Notes: generated from the letters alone by a model not told the origin. DNA of 64,000 nt from an uncultured Candidatus Saccharibacteria bacterium (GCA_964644035.1 CAZXUH010000001.1:461720-525719), one strand, 5' to 3'; counted from the stretch's first letter, positions 19,257-28,783 are shown. Numbers and translations: made by a program.

Positions 19257-19427
19257 TTAGAACAATACCCAAACAATAGGAGTCTCAAGGTCAGACTCAA
19301 CTTTATTAAAATTGAAAAGCACTTCGCCAACCAGACTTACGAGCTCCGTCAATTGCTCATCCGAAAGACCATCATCTAGAGCCCCTGGATTTCCATCATC
19401 ATATTGATCTAGATATTTTTTATCCAT
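19257..19427 (-). CDS. Possible small acidic protein (56 aa)
   Basis: Unannotated ORF MDKKYLDQYDDGNPGALDDGLSDEQLTELVSLVGEVLF... lying between flanking genes. No SD seen. Confidence 0.2.
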   Translation of the reverse strand: MDKKYLDQYDDGNPGALDDGLSDEQLTELVSLVGEVLFNFNKVESDLETPIVWVLF

Positions 19428-19429
19428 AA

Positions 19430-19702
19430 TTAATCAAACTGCAAAACATAAAAACCTTTATCACTTAGTTCTGGCTGATTTTCAACCCAGTTCTTTAAAT
19501 CAACCTTTCGTGCATAAGTAACTTTCTTTTCAACAAATCTCCCTGTTGGCTTCCTATCGGCACCTGTTCCAACCCACTCTTCAAGACGAAGAATATCACC
19601 GTCCTCAATATCAAAATCGGCAAGTCTTAGTTCAAACTTTTTCTTACCCGCAAGAATCATATCTAACCATTCCTTATCGATTTTTTTAATTACTGTTCTC
19701 AT
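19430..19702 (-). CDS. DUF3850 (ASCH-like) domain protein
   Basis: 90 aa. DKEWLDMILAGKKKFELR...ILRLEEW pattern typical of the DUF3850/ASCH fold. Confidence 0.5.
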   Translation of the reverse strand: MRTVIKKIDKEWLDMILAGKKKFELRLADFDIEDGDILRLEEWVGTGADRKPTGRFVEKKVTYARKVDLKNWVENQPELSDKGFYVLQFD

Positions 19703-20022
19703 ATATTTTCCAAAGGATACACGTCCAAAGCAACTTCATCATATGGATGAATTTCCTTTATTACTGCAATAACATTCTTGAGTTTTTCTCTGGGACAGAT
19801 CGTTTCAATTCTTTCTTCAATCACTTCTTCAAGTTTTCCAACTTCACCAATATGAGGATTGGCTCCTTGTTCAGGTTTAAAACGTCCAACACCCTTTGAG
19901 GAGAAAGTGCAGTGGCTATAGTTACCAATTTTTCCTGCACCCGCTTTGCCCATAGCTTCACGAACCACATCAGTATGCGTTTCTGGGACAAATACAACAA
20001 TTTTTACATTAACAGAATCCAT
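19699..20022 (-). CDS. Small PII-like protein resembling the insert domain of Nif3/YqfO-family proteins
   Basis: GKIGNYSHCTFSSKGVGRFKPEQGANPHIGEVGKLEEV...ERIETICPRE...IHPYDEVALDVYPLE matches the conserved YqfO insert-domain pattern as I recall it. Confidence 0.35.
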   Translation of the reverse strand: MDSVNVKIVVFVPETHTDVVREAMGKAGAGKIGNYSHCTFSSKGVGRFKPEQGANPHIGEVGKLEEVIEERIETICPREKLKNVIAVIKEIHPYDEVALDVYPLENI

Positions 20023-20179
20023 AAATAGATTTTAACATTTTAAGCACCCGTTGACCCCTCTAGGTCTCTAGGTACCAAAAACTTGATTGCTGGTAATCTG
20101 GGAATGTCACCGAAAATTATATGCTGCTAATCATGCTCCTTTTTCAGTTCGAGTCTCAGAGGGGTTTAACAACGAGTGA

Positions 20180-21859
20180 TTAACCGAAGGTAAAAGTAAA
20201 TGCTCGCAATCCAGCGTTCGGTATCACTATCTTAAGCGTGTGCTTTCCATAGTCTGTATCTTGGATGAGCTGGTAGAGCGTTTCATCCTTGATAGTTATC
20301 GTCTTCACTAGCTTATCATCTTCATAGATTTCAACATCCACACCGTTCACCGACCCTGCAGTCATATAGACATTCTTAGCCTCATAACCGAACACAATGG
20401 TTGCCGATCCTTTATTTTCAGCATATTCATCTTCAATATCCCAGACGCCTCCAAGATAGAGATTATTAGGTACGACGCGAGCGGGAATAGAAAGTGTTTG
20501 CTCGCCAACTACACCAAAGCGACCATTCGCCAGATACTGATTTCTGCTAGCGCCGAAATACGTTTCTGGACTCCTTACCTTCCTTGAATCAACCAAAATA
20601 ACATCTGAAGGAGTGGTGTTTGCAGCTTCAGACACGGTATTCTCTGTGCCCATTCGCAGAGCGCGCTCCTCCAGCGCCTTTTGAATAGCCTTTTCTGTTT
20701 CTTCATAAGAACCTTCGCCGATATGGTCATATACGATATAGCCATCGATATCGACAAGATATTTTCGCGGCCAGTACTGATTGCCGAGTGCTCGCCATGT
20801 CGAGTAATCATTATCTAAAACGACAGGATATTTGATATCGAATTTCTCAACGGCTTTTTCTACATTTGACTGAACTTTTTCAAATCCAAATTCCGGTGTA
20901 TGCAGTCCTACGATCTCAAGCCCCTGGTCATGATATTTTTCATACCAATCGTTAAGATATGGAATGGTTCTCTGGCAATTGATGCAACTGTATGTCCAGA
21001 TATCAAGAAGCACCACCTTGCCCTTGAGCGAATCCAGCGTGATCGGCTTGCCATCTGTATTGATGTATCCGTCGATCGTGCTTAGTTCAGGAACCTTGTT
21101 GAATTTTTTTTCTTTACTATCATCCTTAGCTTCGTTCTGTACCTCCAAAAGCTTTTGCTCTACTTTGGTTATATCGAAGAAGCCCGAGTTCGTAATGAGC
21201 GTCTCGATTTTCTTGTCGACACCAGTGAGAATTGCCACGCCCACGAGAATGAAGATAATTCCCAGAACGCGTTTGAACGTTCCCTTCGGATTAGACACGA
21301 CGCCAAGCTTGCCCATGATCTTCTGCCCGACAAAAGCAATAGCAAGCAGCGCCACGCCCAAGCCGACAGTGTAAGAAAGCAGATACACCATACCAAGGAC
21401 CGGGCTTACCGGAAGCACGGTAGCAAGAACGATAAAGTATGTTGGGCTGCATGTAGAGAATACCGGACCCAACGCAGCGCCCACAATGACGTCTCCCCAA
21501 AAATTTTTCTTTTGATCGCCTTTGCCGAGCAGTTTGTTAGACCCGATACTCAACTTAGCAATGATCCGACTCTCCCACAGAGCTGGGAAAAGCGTCACAA
21601 GCCCCAAAAACAGGATGATTCCTCCTGATATAACTTTCCAAGTATATTCCGGGACCGCAACAAATGCCGTACTCACCTTGAGAAGGAGCGTGAAGGCAAT
21701 GACAGAAAGACCGAGCGAACCAATTACTGTCAAAGCCTTTTTTACATTTACTTTTCCGTCGGCAAGCGATCCTCCCACGATAATGGGCAACAGAGGGAGA
21801 ATGCACGGAGCGAGCACGGTCAGTACGCCGCCTATAAATGAAATAATCAGAAGAAACAT
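20180..21859 (-). CDS. Fusion of CcdA/DsbD-type thiol-disulfide transporter TM domain with a TlpA/ResA-like thioredoxin domain and a C-terminal beta-rich domain
   Basis: N-terminus LAPCILPLLP matches the CcdA cysteine motif. The thioredoxin domain carries DIWTYSCINCQ (CxxC). Confidence 0.7.
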   Translation of the reverse strand: MFLLIISFIGGVLTVLAPCILPLLPIIVGGSLADGKVNVKKALTVIGSLGLSVIAFTLLLKVSTAFVAVPEYTWKVISGGIILFLGLVTLFPALWESRIIAKLSIGSNKLLGKGDQKKNFWGDVIVGAALGPVFSTCSPTYFIVLATVLPVSPVLGMVYLLSYTVGLGVALLAIAFVGQKIMGKLGVVSNPKGTFKRVLGIIFILVGVAILTGVDKKIETLITNSGFFDITKVEQKLLEVQNEAKDDSKEKKFNKVPELSTIDGYINTDGKPITLDSLKGKVVLLDIWTYSCINCQRTIPYLNDWYEKYHDQGLEIVGLHTPEFGFEKVQSNVEKAVEKFDIKYPVVLDNDYSTWRALGNQYWPRKYLVDIDGYIVYDHIGEGSYEETEKAIQKALEERALRMGTENTVSEAANTTPSDVILVDSRKVRSPETYFGASRNQYLANGRFGVVGEQTLSIPARVVPNNLYLGGVWDIEDEYAENKGSATIVFGYEAKNVYMTAGSVNGVDVEIYEDDKLVKTITIKDETLYQLIQDTDYGKHTLKIVIPNAGLRAFTFTFG

Positions 21860-21860
21860 G

Positions 21861-22346
21861 TTATTTTACTTCAGCAACAAGAGCCTCTAGGGTCGGGCTA
21901 CCGCTCCACTTCTTAATGAGATTGCCATCCTTATCCGCCTGAACGAACGTATGCTGATAGGTAACTCCATATTTTTTCTTTAGATCCGCAGAGTTGTCGT
22001 AGTCAACATCAAGGATAGTGAGGCTCGAAGGAATGTAACCGAGATGCGCCTTTATGTCTTTATCAAGCGCAATACAGGTTGGACACCATCCCGCTCTAAA
22101 AAAGAGTACGACATCATGAGTGCTTGAAGCCATCGCAATCTTTTCAGGCGCGTATGCTTCATATGATCCTGCTTTCATCATGGTGTCACCCATCATTGCA
22201 TCATCCTTGTCCATCATCACCTGATCATCTGACATCATGTTTTCTTTTTCCATCATCGCATCGTCTTTATTATTCATTGATGCATACACTCCAATAACAA
22301 CAACCAAGACAACGATTCCAATAATAATTCCTGTGTTTTTATTCAT
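21861..22346 (-). CDS. Membrane-anchored thioredoxin-family protein with Met/Asp-rich linker
   Basis: WCPTC active site. N-terminal TM anchor. Linker DDAMMEKENMMSDDQVMMDKDDAMMGDTMM. Confidence 0.65.
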   Translation of the reverse strand: MNKNTGIIIGIVVLVVVIGVYASMNNKDDAMMEKENMMSDDQVMMDKDDAMMGDTMMKAGSYEAYAPEKIAMASSTHDVVLFFRAGWCPTCIALDKDIKAHLGYIPSSLTILDVDYDNSADLKKKYGVTYQHTFVQADKDGNLIKKWSGSPTLEALVAEVK

Positions 22347-22431
22347 AAAAATATACTAGCTAATAATGACTCTTACTATGATTAGTATAGAAAGGATCAA
22401 AAGAAATGTAAAGTATACTTTACATTATATG

Positions 22432-22794
22432 TTATAGATTTTTATCGCTCCAGATACGAGTAGCTATTTTTGCCACCACCATTCCAATGAGAGCAGCGAC
22501 AAGCCACGCATCAACCTCATGAGAATATCCCTGAATGATAATTCCAAGCATGAGCATCCCTGCACCAACAAGAAAAGCGTTTCTTCCTGACAAGGATTTA
22601 TGATACTCGTCTCTTTCATCAGCCGCTTTTTCGCGAAGAATGAAGCTCGCAAAGACGCCAAATAGCACGAGCGCGGCAACGAGCATGCTCATCACCATCA
22701 TGTCCGGCATCCAGAAATGAAAGGGGTTGAGCAACAATATCGCGATCGCAATCAATACCGCCGTAACGATGATTTCTTTTATATTATTTTTCAT
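22432..22794 (-). CDS. Small 4-TM membrane protein (DUF2178-like) partnered with an XRE regulator
   Basis: 120 aa, hydrophobic, overlaps the stop of the upstream XRE gene. Confidence 0.4.
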   Translation of the reverse strand: MKNNIKEIIVTAVLIAIAILLLNPFHFWMPDMMVMSMLVAALVLFGVFASFILREKAADERDEYHKSLSGRNAFLVGAGMLMLGIIIQGYSHEVDAWLVAALIGMVVAKIATRIWSDKNL

Positions 22795-22996
22795 ATGATA
22801 TTTTAAATATTTTCTCGACTGAGACCTTGAAAAAGTCCGCGATCTTTAGAGCGAGTAAAATCGAAGGTGTATAATTCCCTTTTTCGAGGGCGATGATCGT
22901 TTGCCTGCTCACAGCAACCTTTGAAGCAAGCTCTTCTTGGGTTACACCCTTCTCTATTCTATATTTGCTTACTTCATTTTTTATTTTCTCTTTCAT
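22784..22996 (-). CDS. XRE/Cro-type helix-turn-helix transcriptional regulator
   Basis: [24 protein letters not shown] is a classic HTH_3/XRE motif. Confidence 0.75.
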   Translation of the reverse strand: MKEKIKNEVSKYRIEKGVTQEELASKVAVSRQTIIALEKGNYTPSILLALKIADFFKVSVEKIFKISYEK

Positions 22997-23217
22997 ACTC
23001 TTGATTATCACAAATATATCCGGTGTGATATTAAATGTAAAGTTGTCTTTACTTTTAATATTTTCTGCTTATTTAACCCACCTAGGTCTCGAACTGATTC
23101 CATGGCTCAAAATATAGAAACCGATTTTGACCCGTCTAGGACGCTTTTTGTAGTTTTCCAAACCACCCTTGTTTTGCTTCACGTGTCTAGGTCTATTGGT
23201 ACAAAAAACTAAACTGC

Positions 23218-23286
23218 TGCCAGTCAGGGACTCGAACCCCAATAACATCCTCCAGAGGGATGTGTCCTACCATTAGACGAACTGGC
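23218..23286 (-). tRNA. tRNA-Gln (anticodon CTG), atypically short (69 nt)
   Basis: The reverse-complement folds with a 7-bp acceptor stem, anticodon loop CU-CUG-GA and T-loop TTCGAGT. The D-arm is short and there is only one connector nucleotide. Confidence 0.55.
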
Positions 23287-23398
23287 AATATCACGAGGAT
23301 AGTTTCCAAACGATACCCCAAAAAGCGCTTTTACTCAAGTATTGCGCAGATATAAAAAAATCCCAGAGCCTCGTCTCTGGGATTCGTTTCATGCGATA

Positions 23399-23812
23399 TC
23401 AAATCTTCTGCAAGACCAACTCGTGTGACGGCAACAAGCAACACTTGTGCGGCGGGGTGATCTTGTCGATCAGCCGGTAAAAAAACAAAATTTCATTGTT
23501 CTGCGCAGTATGAGTAAGCTGACGTCCCACCCACTCCGCACAATCAACGACTGTTTTCAACCCCGCCTTCGGCGAATATGGTATCTGGTCCTGACACATC
23601 GTGACTAAGATCGGGAGCGGATCTTTGTACCTTTGGGGATGATTGTAGATATGGATCGCAAACCCTCCCTGCTCCGGATACATATAAGCTGGTATGCCAT
23701 GACTACGGACGATATTCAGAAATTCCTCCCATTGTTTCTCGGTAAATTCAGTTTTACCCCGCAGACTCTCGATGAATTTCAATTCATCGGCTTCAAGTGT
23801 GACAAATTTCAT
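23399..23812 (-). CDS. Hypothetical protein
   Basis: Start moved to the ATG at 23812, preceded by a GGAGGT SD. No recognisable domain. Confidence 0.4.
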   Translation of the reverse strand: MKFVTLEADELKFIESLRGKTEFTEKQWEEFLNIVRSHGIPAYMYPEQGGFAIHIYNHPQRYKDPLPILVTMCQDQIPYSPKAGLKTVVDCAEWVGRQLTHTAQNNEILFFYRLIDKITPPHKCCLLPSHELVLQKI

Positions 23813-23886
23813 ACTACCTCCGCAAAAAAACAAAGAAACTGTTCTCTAAAATTGTAGCCTAAAAAATTGAGCGATTCAATTGCTCT

Positions 23887-25539
23887 TTATTTGTTTTTAT
23901 TGAGTGCTGCTTTGATAAAAGCGCTGAAAAGCGGATGTGGGGCGAGCGGTCGAGCCCTAAACTCAGGATGAAACTGCGTACCAAGGAAAAATGGATGTTC
24001 TGTCTTGGGAAGTTCAGCGATTTCCATCAGTATTCCATCTGGAGATTTGCCCGAAAAGATAAGACCTGCGGCTTCAATTTGCTTGGCATATTCTGGATTT
24101 ACCTCGTAACGGTGACGATGACGCTCACTGACAGAATCGCTCTTATACGCTGCGGCGGCAATTGATCCTTTTCTTAAGTGCGCCAGTCGAGCACCGAGAC
24201 GCATGCTGCCGCCGTAGCGTTTCTTTTCCATATTGATCTTCTGCTCTGGCAAAATATCGATAACGGGATGCGGAGCGTTGGGATTGATTTCAGTCGTGTG
24301 TGCACCCTTGAGATTGGCAACATGTCGAGCGTACTCGATCACTGCCAATTGCATGCCGTAGCAAAGTCCAAAATATGGAATCTTATTTTCACGACAGTAT
24401 TTAATAACATTGATTTTGCCTTCTATGCCACTTGAACCGAAGCCTCCAGGTACAATCACGCCAGCGTATTGGGAAAGTTCTTTTACCTTTTTAGGATCGC
24501 CACCTGCACTCTGATCAAATTCTTTAGAATTGATCCAAGAAATATTGGCTTTGACGCCGGCATTGTATGCCGAAAATTTCACCGCTTCGATCACAGAGAT
24601 ATATGAATCAGAAAGGACAAATTCTCCCGTATCAAAATATTTACCAACAATAGCAATCTTCACTTCCCCTTTTGGCGACTTCATCTTGCGCACATATTGT
24701 CTCCATGGACCGATACCAGCGGAATTTTTCTTTGGCTTGAGGCGCAACTGTTCGAGAATATAATCACCAATACGATCACGTTCAAAATTGAGCGGTACAT
24801 CGTAAATACTTTCTATATCAGGCGCTGAGATAACACCTGCTTCAGGGATATTGCAGGAAATAGAAATTTTCTGCTTACGCTTATGATCAAGTGGCAATTC
24901 TGCTCGGGCAATAACCATGTCTGGCTGTATACCATAGCTATTGAGCTGTCTGACAGCATGTTGTGTTGGTCTTGTTTTCATTTCACCAATCTTGCCTGGT
25001 ATTGGCACATAGCTCACCAGGACAAAGAGTACATCGTCGGGATGTTTGAGACGTATGACACGTGCCGCTTCGATAAAAAGAGCATTTTGATAATCACCCA
25101 CCGTACCACCGACTTCGACAAGACAAATATCTGTTTCTCTAGCGACTTTTTCTATTCTGCCAACAATTTCATCGCGAATATCTGGAATTGCTTCAACGCA
25201 TCGTCCGCCATAGCCGAGATTGCGCTCTTTTTCTATGACATGCTGATAGATCATGCCGCTCGTCATGTATTCAGCATTGGTCAGATCAAGATTGAGAAAA
25301 CGCTCATAGTTGCCCATGTCTTGGTCGGTCTCCAGTCCAGAATCAAGCACGTACGTTTCACCATGCTCAGTCGGATTCATCGTGCCTGCGTCGACGTTGA
25401 GATATGGATCGATCTTGATCGGCCTTACTTCATAACCCTTGCCTTGGAGGATAAGACCGATAGAAGAAGTTGCTATTCCCTTGCCTACTCCAGACATCAC
25501 TCCACCGAAGACGAAAATATACTTGGGCTGTTTTTTCAT
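23887..25539 (-). CDS. pyrG: CTP synthase
   Basis: N-terminal synthetase domain YIFVFGGVMSGVGKG. C-terminal glutamine amidotransferase with GLCYGMQ and the HPEF motif. Confidence 0.95.
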   Translation of the reverse strand: MKKQPKYIFVFGGVMSGVGKGIATSSIGLILQGKGYEVRPIKIDPYLNVDAGTMNPTEHGETYVLDSGLETDQDMGNYERFLNLDLTNAEYMTSGMIYQHVIEKERNLGYGGRCVEAIPDIRDEIVGRIEKVARETDICLVEVGGTVGDYQNALFIEAARVIRLKHPDDVLFVLVSYVPIPGKIGEMKTRPTQHAVRQLNSYGIQPDMVIARAELPLDHKRKQKISISCNIPEAGVISAPDIESIYDVPLNFERDRIGDYILEQLRLKPKKNSAGIGPWRQYVRKMKSPKGEVKIAIVGKYFDTGEFVLSDSYISVIEAVKFSAYNAGVKANISWINSKEFDQSAGGDPKKVKELSQYAGVIVPGGFGSSGIEGKINVIKYCRENKIPYFGLCYGMQLAVIEYARHVANLKGAHTTEINPNAPHPVIDILPEQKINMEKKRYGGSMRLGARLAHLRKGSIAAAAYKSDSVSERHRHRYEVNPEYAKQIEAAGLIFSGKSPDGILMEIAELPKTEHPFFLGTQFHPEFRARPLAPHPLFSAFIKAALNKNK

Positions 25540-25592
25540 GTTGTTTCTTTTTTAGACTTCTGCGGGGTGGAGTAAGAAACGTAGGTCATGAA

Positions 25593-26519
25593 TTAGTTGG
25601 TGAGATACTTGCGAACCGCCAGGTAGCTGGAAACGGCGCCAAGAATAATGCCTGAGCTGATAATAAGTACAAAAATCTGTGGAAAATGCGAAATATAATA
25701 TGCATGAATGCTGACGCCTGAAAGGAAATTGACGGTCAGATTGCCTATCCAATATGTCACAGGATACGCTACAGCCAGTGTCAAAATACCTGCAAATACT
25801 CCATATATAATACCGATGACCACAAATGGTCCTCTGATATATTTATTGCTTGCACCGACAAGTCGCATCACAGCAATTTCTTCTCTAGAAATATAAATCG
25901 CCAATCGAATTGTATTGAATGTAATGATGATCGAAAGACTGATCATGATACAGGTGAAGATAAGACCGAGACGTTCCCCTGCTCTGATAAACTTCGTCAG
26001 TTTGTCGATTGCACTCTTGGTATCGACGTAGTTGATCTTGTCGATAATAGAAATACCGTCTTTTGAAAGGAATGATTGATTGTTGAGATCATTGTAAATC
26101 GCTTCGTATTGATTTGGATCCTTGGCTTTTACGTTGATAATAGCGCCAAGTGGATTTTCACCGATTTCTTCAAGAGAAAGGAGGATGGTGCTGTCGTTTT
26201 GGTGACGATCCTTGAAAGCTGCAAGTACTTGTTCTTTAGGAATATAGTTGGCAGCAGCTACTTCAGGCAACTTTTCTATGACAGCCTTGGCTGCAAGTAC
26301 TTCTTCTTCACTGGCATTGGCTGAGAAATAGATATTGATATCGACTTTGTCTTTGATTTCGGTCAAAGCTGCATTGAAAATGACGCTCAAAAAGAGAAGA
26401 GAAGCAATGACAGAGAGAGTAATGAACATCACCAAGATAGATGAAAGCGAAACAAACGTACCTCTCCAAAATTGTACGAATCCCGATTTTATTACGCGCT
26501 TAGTGGTGGTTAAAAACAT
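25593..26519 (-). CDS. ftsX: Cell-division ABC transporter permease FtsX
   Basis: 308 aa FtsX topology (TM, periplasmic domain, three TM) directly downstream of ftsE. Confidence 0.8.
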   Translation of the reverse strand: MFLTTTKRVIKSGFVQFWRGTFVSLSSILVMFITLSVIASLLFLSVIFNAALTEIKDKVDINIYFSANASEEEVLAAKAVIEKLPEVAAANYIPKEQVLAAFKDRHQNDSTILLSLEEIGENPLGAIINVKAKDPNQYEAIYNDLNNQSFLSKDGISIIDKINYVDTKSAIDKLTKFIRAGERLGLIFTCIMISLSIIITFNTIRLAIYISREEIAVMRLVGASNKYIRGPFVVIGIIYGVFAGILTLAVAYPVTYWIGNLTVNFLSGVSIHAYYISHFPQIFVLIISSGIILGAVSSYLAVRKYLTN

Positions 26520-26543
26520 AGTGGTATTTATAGCATGGATCGG

Positions 26544-27224
26544 TTAGAGGACATACCTTCCCTGCTGATCGTCCCTGATAACGCGACCATTCTCCATTGT
26601 CAGCACTCTTCGACCTAAATTGTCGATCACACCCTTGTTGTGAGTAGTGAGAACGATTGTCGTACCTAAGTCATTGATCTTTTTAAAGATCTGCACGATT
26701 TCGTACGTACTAATAGGATCAAGGTTGCCTGTTGGTTCGTCAGCAATGATAAGATCGGGCTGATTGACGATAGCTCGAGCAATAGCGACACGCTGACGCT
26801 CTCCTCCCGAGAGCTGACTTGGGAAATTGTGTCCTTTGCTACCAAGATCAACGAGTTCAAGTACATGCGGTACGTCGGCAGCTATTTCTTCATCGCTTCT
26901 GCCAGCCACTTCCATGGCAAAAGCAATGTTTTCATAGGCGGTTTTATTGGGCAAAAGCCTGAAGTCCTGAAAGACTACACCTATCTTACGTCGAAGATTG
27001 TTGATTTCCTTTCTGCGGAGTTTGTGAATATTGGCTGAATGAAAAAAGACTCCCCCAGAGGTAGGTCGGTCTTCTGCCAATATCATTTTGAGAAGGGTCG
27101 TCTTGCCAGCACCGGATTGTCCGACGACAGAAACGAATTCTTTGGGTTCTATATTGAAGCTGACGTTATCGAGAGCAACCGCATCCGCGCCATAAATCTT
27201 CGATACTTTGTCGAAATAGATCAT
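26544..27224 (-). CDS. ftsE: Cell-division ATP-binding protein FtsE
   Basis: Walker A GQSGAGKTT, LSGGERQRVAIARA, IIADEPTGNLD. Sits in an ftsE-ftsX arrangement. Confidence 0.9.
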   Translation of the reverse strand: MIYFDKVSKIYGADAVALDNVSFNIEPKEFVSVVGQSGAGKTTLLKMILAEDRPTSGGVFFHSANIHKLRRKEINNLRRKIGVVFQDFRLLPNKTAYENIAFAMEVAGRSDEEIAADVPHVLELVDLGSKGHNFPSQLSGGERQRVAIARAIVNQPDLIIADEPTGNLDPISTYEIVQIFKKINDLGTTIVLTTHNKGVIDNLGRRVLTMENGRVIRDDQQGRYVL

Positions 27225-27275
27225 TGCTCTCTATTTTACCCCATAGAGAACTCAGTGCAACCCATATTTTGTGGT

Positions 27276-28145
27276 CTAAAGGTGTTTTTCAGCCTCAATA
27301 AAGTCATCAAGCTCACCGTTGAGGACTTTTTCGACATCTCTGACCTCCATATCTGTCCTATGATCCTTGACCATCTTATACGGATGCAAGACATACGATC
27401 TGATTTGGTTCCCCCATTCGATATCTGTTGTCGAAGAAATCTGCATACCCTTTTCTTTGGCTTTTTGTTCTTCCTGTTGTCGTTTAAAGAGTTTAGCTTT
27501 TAAGATTTCTATAGCCTTTTCTTTGTTCTGAGCTTGAGAACGTTCTGAAGCTACATGGACCGACATGTTTGTCGGAATATGTACTACCCTGACCGCAGTC
27601 TCACGCTTGTTTACATTTTGTCCTCCAGGTCCTCCAGCTTTTGAAAGTTCAAATCGCATATCACCAGCGGGAATATCGATCGAAATCGTTTTTTGAAATT
27701 TTGGTATGACTTCAACCATTGAAAAAGAAGTATGCCGCATACCCTTTGAATTGAAAGGAGAAACTCGCACCAAACGATGTACACCTGATTCATTTTTGAG
27801 ATTGCCGTAGACATTTTTACCCTCGATTTCAAATGTCACATTGCGATAACCGCCGTGATCATTGGTATTTTCATGAATAATTGCCGCACTCCAGCCTTTG
27901 CCTGCAACGTATTTTCGATACATATCAAACAGCATGGCTGAAAAATCTTCAGCATCGTCTCCACCAGCTCCTGAGAAAATCGTAATGACTGCTCCCCCTT
28001 TGTCATACATACCTGCCCCTTCTTTTTTTGCTTTGAGCTCGGCAATTTCCCTGATCACTGCCTGAGCATTGTTTTTATCCTGCCAAAAATCGGCAGCGGA
28101 CATCGATGCTTCGAGCTCTGCAATTTTTAAATCAATATCTTCCAT
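27276..28145 (-). CDS. prfB: Peptide chain release factor 2 (short N-terminus, no programmed frameshift site detected)
   Basis: GGQ motif (GGPGGQNVNK), RF2-type SPF tripeptide (VRVSPFNSKGMRHTSF), and C-terminal GWGNQIRSYV. Confidence 0.85.
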   Translation of the reverse strand: MEDIDLKIAELEASMSAADFWQDKNNAQAVIREIAELKAKKEGAGMYDKGGAVITIFSGAGGDDAEDFSAMLFDMYRKYVAGKGWSAAIIHENTNDHGGYRNVTFEIEGKNVYGNLKNESGVHRLVRVSPFNSKGMRHTSFSMVEVIPKFQKTISIDIPAGDMRFELSKAGGPGGQNVNKRETAVRVVHIPTNMSVHVASERSQAQNKEKAIEILKAKLFKRQQEEQKAKEKGMQISSTTDIEWGNQIRSYVLHPYKMVKDHRTDMEVRDVEKVLNGELDDFIEAEKHL

Positions 28146-28183
28146 TGGTCACAGAGTATCAGGTAAACCAGTACTCTGCAAAA

Positions 28184-28522
28184 TTAAGCGTGGAGTATTT
28201 CTTTAACTTTTGGAATGTCTTTGTATTCTATCTTTTTATCAAGCTGCGACCTTAGAAAATTCATTTCTTCGCCCTGTCTTTCCTGAGTATTCTCCAGTGT
28301 TATAAATTTTTCTCCGAGAGCATCAAATTTGCGTTCGACAAACATACGAAGTGATTTGATTTCATTCCGTATATCAGCAAATTCTTCCCAAACTTCTTGC
28401 CTAAATGAAATCGTATCCTGTCTTAGGGAATTGATGTCTTCTTTAATTGGTAAAAGTGCTTTTTCTAATAAAGGTCCGATGATCTCAATCAGATCTTCCT
28501 TATATAATGGTGTTTTTTGCAT
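28184..28522 (-). CDS. Hypothetical coiled-coil protein
   Basis: About 112 aa, helical and acidic. Start taken at MQKTPLY. Confidence 0.4.
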   Translation of the reverse strand: MQKTPLYKEDLIEIIGPLLEKALLPIKEDINSLRQDTISFRQEVWEEFADIRNEIKSLRMFVERKFDALGEKFITLENTQERQGEEMNFLRSQLDKKIEYKDIPKVKEILHA

Positions 28523-28617
28523 GCACACATCGTAACAAAACACCTATGAAGAAACGTTCAAATAAAAATAAAATTTCTGTTTGAAATATAAAAACCAAAT
28601 CTTGTCAAAATAGAAAG

Positions 28618-28693
28618 TGGAGCCACCTCGCAGGATCGAACTGCGGACCCCCGCTTTACGAAAGCGGTGCTCTACCAACTGAGCTAAGGTGGC
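28618..28693 (-). tRNA. tRNA-Thr (anticodon CGT), CCA encoded
   Basis: Reverse-complement GCCACCTTAGCTCAGTTGGTAGAGC...TTCGTAA...GGTGGCTCCA forms a perfect cloverleaf. Confidence 0.85.
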
Positions 28694-28783
28694 CCTTCTA
28701 CGCTTCTGCTACGCAGAAGCTATGAAGGACAAACGCCAATTGCATGCTTGTCGCGCGAAGCTCCTTTAGGAGCGAAGTGCGAG

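Noticed and set aside
20130-20175. tRNA-like GTTCGAGTC (T-loop-like) motif
   Set aside because: The flanking bases cannot form a T-stem or acceptor stem in either orientation, so it is not a tRNA or tRNA fragment.
28146-28200. Programmed +1 frameshift site for prfB
   Set aside because: I looked for a frame-0 leader ORF ending in CUU UGA C. The only compatible frame is closed by TAG and TGA and has no start codon. The 119-aa upstream ORF is in the -1 frame, not the 0 frame, and has a non-RF2 sequence.
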